Shown in pieces: positions 37,793 to 45,483 of a stretch of DNA of 64,000 nucleotides. The first letter of the stretch is position 1; each line of letters starts with the position of its first letter. The notes beneath the pieces were generated by a model. The model ran no database searches. It saw only the letters and a list, made by a program, of their open reading frames with translations, and was not told where the DNA came from. Position numbers and translations under genes: made by a program. The stretch is taken from IMG/VR virus record IMGVR_UViG_3300036832_001149, positions 1-64,000 of that record. One strand, written 5' to 3'. The DNA is from a virus.

Positions 37793-38407
37793 GTGGAATC
37801 TGTGGAATCCGGTGACGAGCAGCAGAGCAACCGGGTCCTCCGATTGGTGCTGCGCCGCCCGGATGCGGAGGCCCAGGTCGAGGAGTTGGCCGCCATCCCG
37901 GACGGCTTCGACAAGATCTTCACCAAGCCCTACTACGCCCACCAGTTGCGGCTGGCCGGGCACGACTGGGTCTGGATCGCGGCCAAGATCGGCTACAAGA
38001 CCCCGTACACGGCCGAGGCGGCGGTGCGCCGCTGGCTGACCAAGAAGGTCGAGGGCAAGCACCTGCCCAACACCCGGGCGATGTTGCAAGCCGAGGCGGT
38101 CAAGCTCGACCTGGACCGGTTGGACCGGCTGATGGCCGCCTACTGGGACGAGGCGATCGGCGGTGACCTGGACTCGGCCAAGTACGTGCTCCAGGTGATC
38201 GCCCAACGGGCCAAGCATCTCGCGCCGGATAACGCTGGCGGGGTCGCGGCCGTCACCGCCCAGTTCAACACCCTGGTCGTGGGCGGGTCGGAGACGGAGT
38301 ATGTCGGGGCCCTGCTGCGGGCCCGGGATTCCCTGGGCCCGGCCCACCGGTCGACCGAGCCGGATGACGAGCCGCGCGTGGTGGACTTGGAACCGGTGAA
38401 GGAGTGA
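37793..38407 (+). CDS. Terminase small subunit / HTH protein (start uncertain)
   Basis: LRLAG..W..IAAKIGY...LDRLDRLMAAYW..A..GD..SA..VL.VI..RAK pattern; upstream of terL. Confidence 0.7.
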   Translation: MESVESGDEQQSNRVLRLVLRRPDAEAQVEELAAIPDGFDKIFTKPYYAHQLRLAGHDWVWIAAKIGYKTPYTAEAAVRRWLTKKVEGKHLPNTRAMLQAEAVKLDLDRLDRLMAAYWDEAIGGDLDSAKYVLQVIAQRAKHLAPDNAGGVAAVTAQFNTLVVGGSETEYVGALLRARDSLGPAHRSTEPDDEPRVVDLEPVKE

Positions 38408-38411
38408 TGAC

Positions 38412-39110
38412 ATGGGCAATCTGCACACCCCGCTGACCAACACCCCGGTCGTGGACTGGACCGATACCGCCGTCGGCCCGGACGTGCCGCAGTCGATGAT
38501 GAACGCGCTCGGCTCACTGGAGCGCTACGCCAACGTCCCGGTCCCGGACGCGCCCACCCGCGAGACCCTGATGCCGACGGCGCAGCGCTACGTCGGCCAG
38601 GTCACCTACAACGTGGCGACCGACACCTTCGAGTACTGGAACGGCACGAAGTGGAACGCGCTCAACCGGGCGGCCACGCTACCCGGCACGATCCACACCA
38701 TGAGTTATCCGGGAGTTGTCCTCCAACCCAACGCCTACTACGACTACCGGGTCGCGGTGAATATCACCTCGCCCTGCGTCGTGGTGATCTGGGGCAAGAT
38801 CGGTGGTTACACCAATATCGGCCCTGGTCAGTGGGGCGGCCTGCTCATCCAGATGTTGCACAACGAGGGGGTGTGGGCCAATCACGGAGGAGTGAACGCC
38901 TTCTACCCGGCCAGCTACGGTGGTGGCCAGTTGGACCTCGGAAGTTGGGGGCGCTGGGTCTGTGATCCGGGTGCGCACACGTTCGGGGTACGGGCCGTGG
39001 CCCAGGGGGGAAGCAACGCCGTCTATCTAGGTTTGACGAGTGTGATGTTGATGAAGGTCTCCGGGGTGGCCAACAGCGCGGCCGGGGTCAACGCCTACGG
39101 GGACTGGTGA
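38412..39110 (+). CDS. Fibre / minor virion protein
   Basis: R...GQVTYNVATDTFEYWNGTKW module with beta-rich C-terminus. Confidence 0.55.
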   Translation: MGNLHTPLTNTPVVDWTDTAVGPDVPQSMMNALGSLERYANVPVPDAPTRETLMPTAQRYVGQVTYNVATDTFEYWNGTKWNALNRAATLPGTIHTMSYPGVVLQPNAYYDYRVAVNITSPCVVVIWGKIGGYTNIGPGQWGGLLIQMLHNEGVWANHGGVNAFYPASYGGGQLDLGSWGRWVCDPGAHTFGVRAVAQGGSNAVYLGLTSVMLMKVSGVANSAAGVNAYGDW

Positions 39111-39111
39111 G

Positions 39112-40002
39112 ATGTCCGTCGACACCCAGGTGACCGACCCTGTCCCGGACCAGCAACTTGTCGCGGCGGCGATGTACAACCCGAAGCCGCAACCGGTCAC
39201 GGCCGAGCAGTTCCTGGCCGCGAAGACGGCGATGACCTTGACGACGTTGCTGGCGACGACGACCGACTACACGATCAATCCGACCGGGGTGCGCTCGGCC
39301 CACTGCCAGTCCCATGCGGACTCGGGCAAGGCGTATGTCATGAACGACACGGACTGGCTGGTGCTCGGCCCGAACCTGGAGGCGATCTACACCAACACCC
39401 AGTTCACCGCGCTGTTCGGTGCCGCGCCAGGCAACTCGATGTCCTTCTCGTTCGGCCCGACCCCGTCCGATCCGATGACGGTGCAGGTGATCGTCTTCAT
39501 CGGCGGGGCGGCCGGAACGGTGGACATCGACTGGGGTGACAACACCACGCACTACACCGGGTCGGTCGGGGTCGGCATCAACCCCACGCTCACCCACACC
39601 TACACGACGGAGTCCTTCTTCACGCTCTGGGTGGCCTACTCGGTCGGGGGTGTACAGACGGTGGCCCAGGGCGGCAGCTTCCAGGCGAAGGCACCCATCC
39701 CGCCCCAGAGCGCTATCTCCATGATGGGGCCGGGCGGTCAGCCGATCACCGAGGGTGGTCCGATGCCCACCTCGGCGGCGGGGAACTATGGCTTCGCCCT
39801 GCCGCCCGGGAACAACCCGACCGGTATCGGAATGTTCGTCACCGCGCCGGACATGCCGTACCGGGATGCGGGCTTGTATGGCGAGGGGATCGGAAGCATG
39901 GGAACGTACACGGACGAGGAGATGGCTGCCTTGAACGAGCAGAATCCCTACTTCGAGGCACCGACCCAGCCGACCCCGCCGCCGGGCGCACCAACACCGT
40001 GA
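39112..40002 (+). CDS. Virion protein with PKD-like domain
   Basis: VDIDWGDNT...LTHTYT. Confidence 0.55.
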   Translation: MSVDTQVTDPVPDQQLVAAAMYNPKPQPVTAEQFLAAKTAMTLTTLLATTTDYTINPTGVRSAHCQSHADSGKAYVMNDTDWLVLGPNLEAIYTNTQFTALFGAAPGNSMSFSFGPTPSDPMTVQVIVFIGGAAGTVDIDWGDNTTHYTGSVGVGINPTLTHTYTTESFFTLWVAYSVGGVQTVAQGGSFQAKAPIPPQSAISMMGPGGQPITEGGPMPTSAAGNYGFALPPGNNPTGIGMFVTAPDMPYRDAGLYGEGIGSMGTYTDEEMAALNEQNPYFEAPTQPTPPPGAPTP

Positions 40003-40012
40003 GGAGGCGACC

Positions 40013-40789
40013 ATGTCGGCTGGAGTAGCGGATTTCGTCATCGAACAGGGTGCGGACTGGGCCGTGCAGGTCTACTGGCGCAACGAACAGAGCGGTCACG
40101 CCATCCCGGCCCAGGGGCCGATGGACATGGACATCGTCTCGGCGGTGACCGGCCAGCGGCTGATCCGGCTGGATGACGGGGCCAATGGCGGCATCCAGAA
40201 CGGTGGTGCGCCCTTCGGCATCATCCAGTTGGAGATCACCCGGGACACCACGATCAACTTCGCGGTCGGCAACTACGTCTACGACCTCTACGTCTACTCG
40301 GTCGGGCCGCCGCTCAGCCGGGTCCGGATACTGCGGGGCAGCGTCAGTGTGGCGTCGGCGATCACCGATCTCGGGGTGACGACGGGCGTCAATCCCGGGG
40401 TGCAGCCGCCGGACATCATCATGAACACCTCGGTGGCGGGCGGCGTGGTCTATTTCAGTTTCGACGGCAACAATCCGACCAACCAGTACGACAACCCAGA
40501 GAACGGCCTGCCCCAGCGGGCCGGTCTGATCGGGGCGGGCGGTTACCCGCCCGCCGCCACGGTGGTCTATGGCGGGAGTGCCGGGAGCGGTGCGCTGGCC
40601 GACCCGCAGGGCCGGGCGATCACCGGGAACCAGGTGAATGCCTGGCTGGCCGCAGGCGCGATCATCACGATGATCTACAACGTGACCACCAAGGGCATGA
40701 CCATCAGCAAGGTGGAGACCACTCCCGGTGGCCTGCCCTCACCGCCGACGGCGATGCTGCTGGCCGGGGCCGATTCAGGAGGTGAGTGA
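40013..40789 (+). CDS. Virion protein with BppU-like adaptor N-terminus
   Basis: FVIEQGADW...G.I.L.I...T......YVYDL...RILRGSV.V. Confidence 0.6.
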   Translation: MSAGVADFVIEQGADWAVQVYWRNEQSGHAIPAQGPMDMDIVSAVTGQRLIRLDDGANGGIQNGGAPFGIIQLEITRDTTINFAVGNYVYDLYVYSVGPPLSRVRILRGSVSVASAITDLGVTTGVNPGVQPPDIIMNTSVAGGVVYFSFDGNNPTNQYDNPENGLPQRAGLIGAGGYPPAATVVYGGSAGSGALADPQGRAITGNQVNAWLAAGAIITMIYNVTTKGMTISKVETTPGGLPSPPTAMLLAGADSGGE

Positions 40790-41193
40790 TGCCCGATCAG
40801 GTAGTGCGAGTGACCAACGGTTCATCGTTGGTGGTGCGGACCGGTTCGATCCTCGGGGTGGGCCCGTCCGGTCCCATCGGCCCGCAGGGCTCACCCGGCC
40901 CGCAGGGCGTTCAGGGCACCATCCTGTTCACCAGCCCGACCCCACCACCGTCCAACTACAGTCCGGCCCCGCGCACCGGTGACCTGTGGGTGGACCCGGC
41001 CACCGGCCTGTTGTCCGTCTACAACTCCACCACCGGCAACTGGGTGGCGGGCACGACCAGCATCAAGGGCCCGCAGGGCATCCAGGGCATCCTCGGCCCG
41101 ACCGGTCCGCAGGGCATCCAGGGCATCCCGGGAACGGCGGCCAACGGGTTCAACACCTTCAACGACCTGCTCCCACCGGCCAAGCGGCACTAG
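40786..41193 (+). CDS. Collagen-like fibre protein
   Basis: G-X-Y repeats flanking GDLWVDPATG. Confidence 0.7.
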   Translation: MMPDQVVRVTNGSSLVVRTGSILGVGPSGPIGPQGSPGPQGVQGTILFTSPTPPPSNYSPAPRTGDLWVDPATGLLSVYNSTTGNWVAGTTSIKGPQGIQGILGPTGPQGIQGIPGTAANGFNTFNDLLPPAKRH

Positions 41194-41199
41194 CGCCCG

Positions 41200-41943
41200 G
41201 TGACCGTACCCACCACTCCGACCGGGCCGAGCACCGCTGAACTTCATCCCCGGCTCGCCCAGCGGTCGCTCTCACCCGGAGCGAGCGGCAGTTCCGTCGC
41301 GCTGGCCGAGATCGCCGGTCGGGTGGCGGAAGTAGAGCAGGACCTGACTGATCTGCCCTCGCTGGATGCGCTCGCCGGTATGCCCACGGGCGGGGCCACG
41401 GGCACCATCCTGACCAAGAAGACCGAGCAGAACTATGACACGGCGTGGACGGCAGTCACCCGGGCCGAACCTCCGAGCATCGCCCTCAGGGTCGGCGCGA
41501 ACCAGGTCATCAGTACGGTCAACGGGACGTTCTACCGGCCGGACATGAGCGTGTACGTCGACCCGTCAGGGCCACTGGCGAACAATCAGACGTTCTTCAC
41601 CGCCATAACCGGCGGTGGAAACACCCGGGTCCAGGTCCTCCAGGACGGCACCTACGCCATCAGCGCCTCGTTGAAGATCTCGCAGGCCCCGGCCGCCCCC
41701 TACACGCTCCTGCTGAGTCAGTACCTGTCCTGGACGGGGGCAGGCCGCCGGGTGCTCGCACACTCCGGTGTTCCTTCCGGGGTCTGGGAATCGGCGGTCT
41801 CGGCCGTGACCCGGCTCAACGCCGGGGTCTTCCTCGACGTCCAGATCGAGGCATTGAGCACCGGTACCGCTACCGTCTATAGGGATTCGCTCACGGGCGG
41901 TCTGGTCTCCGATGCCGGGAACTTCACCGTCGTCAAGCTCTGA
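41200..41943 (+). CDS. Fibre protein with C1q/TNF-like beta domain
   Basis: PTGGATGTILTKKTEQNYDTAW; DGTYAISA...RLNAG..L.V. Confidence 0.55.
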   Translation: MTVPTTPTGPSTAELHPRLAQRSLSPGASGSSVALAEIAGRVAEVEQDLTDLPSLDALAGMPTGGATGTILTKKTEQNYDTAWTAVTRAEPPSIALRVGANQVISTVNGTFYRPDMSVYVDPSGPLANNQTFFTAITGGGNTRVQVLQDGTYAISASLKISQAPAAPYTLLLSQYLSWTGAGRRVLAHSGVPSGVWESAVSAVTRLNAGVFLDVQIEALSTGTATVYRDSLTGGLVSDAGNFTVVKL

Positions 41944-41955
41944 CCAGGAGGCACC

Positions 41956-42552
41956 ATGACCACTCCACCGCCAGGGGACGGTCGTAACCAGGTGGTCGAC
42001 CTGTCGGTGATCGACACGGACTGGGGCAATGCCATCGCCGACCGGACCGTCCAGTCCTACGCCAACCAGTCCGATCTGAACTCCGTGTGGGGCGCGGCCC
42101 GCAACGGCTCGACGGCCTACACCGTCGACACCGACGAGTTCTGGGTCCGCCAGGGCGGGGTCTGGAAGCGGACTCCGGGCGGGTATATCGGCGGGGTGGT
42201 CGGTCCGGCCGTCCAGATCGCCTGCCAGGCCTGGACCACCCTGATCGAGTACGACTTCCCGGCCAAGGTCGGCCGGAGATACCTGCTCGACGGCTACGTC
42301 GATTCACAGCAGATCACCGCCAACGGGGCAACCGGGGTCGTGATCCGGGACGACCAGGGTCTCCAGCGGTGGCTCAAATACGAGAGCATCCTGGTCCCGG
42401 GTGCATCCCTGGCCGGGTCGTGCACGATGATCTACACCCCGACCGCGACCAAGACGGCCGCGATCCAGTTGGTTGGGGGGACCTCGGCCGGACAACTGGT
42501 CATCCCGGCCAACTGGGCCCAGATCCAGGTCATCGACATCGGCGGATTATGA
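41956..42552 (+). CDS. Minor virion protein
   Basis: WGNAIADRTVQSYAN...AYTVDTD...W...I.V.DIG. Confidence 0.55.
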   Translation: MTTPPPGDGRNQVVDLSVIDTDWGNAIADRTVQSYANQSDLNSVWGAARNGSTAYTVDTDEFWVRQGGVWKRTPGGYIGGVVGPAVQIACQAWTTLIEYDFPAKVGRRYLLDGYVDSQQITANGATGVVIRDDQGLQRWLKYESILVPGASLAGSCTMIYTPTATKTAAIQLVGGTSAGQLVIPANWAQIQVIDIGGL

Positions 42553-44069
42553 CCGGAACGCTGCAACTGCTCCGGCCCCCGAAGACGAGGACCGAGCTTT
42601 ATCTGCTCACCCAGGTCCTGTGGAACGTCACCATCCCATCCAAACGGGTCTGCCCGCACCACTCCAGCCCGTTCGACGCCTACGCCGAGGCGTTCTTCGC
42701 CGAGACCCCGGTCAGCGTCTGGCTGGCCAGTCGCGGTCTGGGCGGCAAGAGCCGCACACTGGCCTACCTGACCCTGACCGAGGCGGTCGTGCTCGGGGCC
42801 AACGCCACCCTGCTCGGCGGCTCGCTGGCCCAGTCCCAGAACGTCCACGAGGCGATGCAGGAGGGCTGGGAGGCCCCGCTCGCCCCGACCCAGATGGTCC
42901 GCAGCGACACCTCGACCAAGCTGGTGCTGACCAATGACGCCACCGTCCGCCCGCTGACCGCGTCGCAGCGCACCGTGCGTGGTCCCCACCCGCACCGGCT
43001 GCGGATGGACGAGGCCGACGAGATGGACCAGGCGATCTTCGACGCGGCCCTGGGCCAGGCGCTGGCCAGCAAGGGCATCCAGAGCCACACGGCGGTCTCC
43101 TCGACCCACCAGTACCCGAACGGCACCTTCACCGAGGTGCTGCGCCGGGCCGGTGAGCGGAACTGGCCGGTGCACCGCTGGTGCTGGAAGGAGTCCAGCA
43201 ACGACTACGACGGCTGGCTCACGCCGGAGATGATCGAGCGCAAGCGCGCCGAGATCCCGGAGGAGATGTGGAAGGTCGAGTTCGACCTCCAGGAGCCCTC
43301 GGTCGGCAACCGGGCCTTCAACACCGATGCGGTCGAGCGGATGTTCTCGCTGCCATCCGAGCAGGAGTACACCCGCACGGTGCGTGTCGACCTGGAGCGC
43401 TACGAGTTCGAGCCGCCCCAGCGGGCGGCCGAGTACGTGATCGCGGCCGACTGGGCCAAGGAGCAGGACTACACGGTCATCTGCGTGTTCCGCACCGAGC
43501 GCCGCCCGATGAAGCTGGTCTGGTACTACCGGGCCCGGCGGCGGCCCTACCCGGTGATGATCAAGGAGTTCAACGACCAGATGCAGCGCTACTACGCGCG
43601 CGGCATCCACGACGCGACCGGGGTCGGCAACGCCATCAACGACCTGCTGGACATGCGGGCGACCAAGTTCGTGATGGTGGGCCGGGAGCGGGACGACCTG
43701 CTGTCGGAGTATGTGGCGGCGGTGGAGCGCGACCTGGTCCGGGCCCCGCGCATCCCCTCGGCCTACACAGCCCACCTGTACTGCTCGGTGGAGGACCTGT
43801 ACATGCACCGCGAGTACTACTCCAGCCACCTGCCGGACGAGGTCTGCTCGATGGCCCTGTGCTGGCACCTGGCCAAGCGCGGGGTGCTCATCGGCCCCGA
43901 CGTGGTGCCGCGCAGCGAGGAGCCCTCGGACATCATGTCCAAGCTGGTCGGCACCGCCTCGAAGTCCTCGATGGTCGAGTACAACCTGCCGGACGGGCTG
44001 AAGTTCCCCTGGGTGCCTGACGGACAAGTCCATCGCCAGGATTACGGAACACACTTCTTGGATGTGTGA
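42549..44069 (+). CDS. Terminase large subunit
   Basis: ASRGLGGKS (Walker A), LRMDEADEMD (Walker B), AADWAKEQDYTV and HDATGVG, HLPD (RNase H-like nuclease); ATGA start. Confidence 0.9.
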   Translation: MTGTLQLLRPPKTRTELYLLTQVLWNVTIPSKRVCPHHSSPFDAYAEAFFAETPVSVWLASRGLGGKSRTLAYLTLTEAVVLGANATLLGGSLAQSQNVHEAMQEGWEAPLAPTQMVRSDTSTKLVLTNDATVRPLTASQRTVRGPHPHRLRMDEADEMDQAIFDAALGQALASKGIQSHTAVSSTHQYPNGTFTEVLRRAGERNWPVHRWCWKESSNDYDGWLTPEMIERKRAEIPEEMWKVEFDLQEPSVGNRAFNTDAVERMFSLPSEQEYTRTVRVDLERYEFEPPQRAAEYVIAADWAKEQDYTVICVFRTERRPMKLVWYYRARRRPYPVMIKEFNDQMQRYYARGIHDATGVGNAINDLLDMRATKFVMVGRERDDLLSEYVAAVERDLVRAPRIPSAYTAHLYCSVEDLYMHREYYSSHLPDEVCSMALCWHLAKRGVLIGPDVVPRSEEPSDIMSKLVGTASKSSMVEYNLPDGLKFPWVPDGQVHRQDYGTHFLDV

Positions 44070-44506
44070 CTTGATCTCGCTCGACAGTTGATGCGATTGC
44101 ATTCTCGACACTTGCGCTTGGTCGGTTGACGGGGCCAACGGTAAGTGTTCTCTGGTGTGTACTCATGTCCCAGTGGGCAGTGTGTCTTGTTCAGTTCGTG
44201 GTGGTGACCGTGCGCGATCTTGTCGAGCATGTTCTCCGACTTGGTGCCCCAACGCAGGTTGGCCGCACGATTGTCCAAACGATCTCCGTTGAGATGACGA
44301 ACCTCGTGCCCCGGTGGACGACTGCCATGGAACGCTTCACAGACCAGTTGGTGGACGCGACGAGCCGAAGAATAATGGCCGTTCCAGGCATTGAAGACCT
44401 CGTAGCCCTGCTTGGTTACTTTTGTCTTGCGAACGCTCTTGGGTCCCTGGATAAGGCCATCATCGCTGGCGAAGTAGCCAGGGAGACTCGGGATGGGTAG
44501 CCACAT
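44042..44506 (-). CDS. NUMOD4-HNH homing endonuclease
   Basis: WLPIP..PGY..SD.G; VHQLVCEAFHG...RHLNGDRLDNRAANLRWGT.SEN; KTHCPLGHEY...CREC. Confidence 0.9.
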   Translation of the reverse strand: MWLPIPSLPGYFASDDGLIQGPKSVRKTKVTKQGYEVFNAWNGHYSSARRVHQLVCEAFHGSRPPGHEVRHLNGDRLDNRAANLRWGTKSENMLDKIAHGHHHELNKTHCPLGHEYTPENTYRWPRQPTKRKCRECNRINCRARSSHTSKKCVP

Positions 44507-44536
44507 GGAGACATACTAGGGGAAGTTCCTGTTTTT

Positions 44537-44566
44537 GGGCATAAAAAAAGGCCCCCGAAGGGGCCT
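44537..44566 (-). terminator. Intrinsic terminator
   Basis: AGGCCCC-TTCG-GGGGCC then TTTTTTTATGCCC. Confidence 0.85.
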
Positions 44567-44855
44567 GGTGCGGTGAACCAGCCAGGGGCTTCCTCTCTTC
44601 CTGGCTGGTCCGCCACATCCCCCCGGTGACGCTGAGGGGAGGGTCTTGAGGTGAACCGTGATGGTCACAGTGTTCGATAGTCACGTTCGGGGAGGGTAAC
44701 CGTTCACTCTTACCGGCTACCGGTCCCCTACTGCCTTTCTAGTTACGGACCATGGTTGACGGTCCTGTATCGCGCGCCGGGTTCTCCTCGTCGGGTCTCC
44801 GTCGAAACTCACTGTTCGATCGTGCCTCGATGTTCTGGATCGTCGTCGTCGGCGA
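44540..44855 (-). ncRNA. Candidate ncRNA A
   Basis: Promoter 44890-44863, no convincing ORF, several hairpins, terminator at 44565-44540. Confidence 0.45.
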
Positions 44856-44927
44856 TGTCTTCATACTACCACACTATTACATCAGTACAAACACCGAAGG
44901 CCCCGGATTTCTCCGGGGCCCTCCTGG

Positions 44928-45107
44928 TCACAGTCCGTTGATCCGTCGTATGCGCGCCTTCTCCTGCTCCTCGATGAGCCGGGCGATCTGTCGGTCCTCC
45001 CGCTCGATGCGGGTGGTCTCCTGCTGGATCTTCCGGGAGGTCTTGGTGCGCTTGTTGCGCGGACCCAGGAACTGACTTGCGACGATGAGCAGGTCGATGG
45101 GGTTCAT
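44928..45107 (-). CDS. Small basic helical protein (59 aa, not in ORF track)
   Basis: TGTGG-TATACT promoter, GAAAGGAG RBS, MNPIDLLIVASQFLGPRNKRTKTSRKIQQETTRIEREDRQIARLIEEQEKARIRRINGL, then hairpin 44897-44923. Confidence 0.7.
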   Translation of the reverse strand: MNPIDLLIVASQFLGPRNKRTKTSRKIQQETTRIEREDRQIARLIEEQEKARIRRINGL

Positions 45108-45151
45108 CGCTTCTCCTTTCTGTCACTGTCAGTATACCACACTATGATATC

Positions 45152-45406
45152 GGACATAAGAAGAGGGGACCGCGCCAACCTTCCTCAACCGGCTGGGGGG
45201 AGACCTATCCGGTGTGAAGGCGCGATCCCCTCAACGTGCCGAGCCCCGACTCGAACGGGGAGCAGACCACGACTGCTCGGCGACCGACACCAGCAAGAGA
45301 CGTGCTATTGGATCTTGGCCCCGATCGTGGGCCGGTTATGTTCGGAGAACTCTTCCGGCCCGACGATGCTCGCGCTGTCCGCACACGACTGCTCGGTGTG
45401 GTGTCC
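45152..45406 (-). ncRNA. Candidate ncRNA B with tRNA-like minihelix
   Basis: TTGACA-N18-TATAGT promoter; GACACCA/TGGTGTC closing stem; T-loop TTCGAGT; 14-bp terminal helix then T-rich tail. Confidence 0.6.
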
Positions 45407-45411
45407 CTGTC

Positions 45412-45441
45412 ACTATACATCACTATGACATCGGCTGTCAA
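45412..45441 (-). promoter_or_regulatory. Consensus SigA promoter TTGACA-N18-TATAGT
   Basis: Read directly from the reverse complement. Confidence 0.8.
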
Positions 45442-45483
45442 TAGAGCAATGTCCGTACTTCCAGGTCGGGCGATGCGACCATC

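Noticed and set aside
26145-44069. Inteins or introns in dnaB, dnaE or terL
   Set aside because: Lengths are normal or short and no splice-junction motifs or frame breaks are visible.
44739-44864. 41-codon minus-strand ORF MKTSPTTT...
   Set aside because: Its ATG overlaps the predicted -10 box and has no RBS, so it would lie upstream of the transcript start; not fully excluded.
45237-45281. Canonical tRNA-His (GTG in a 7-nt loop)
   Set aside because: Only 45 nt, no D-arm, no U33, no CCA; kept as a tRNA-like element only.
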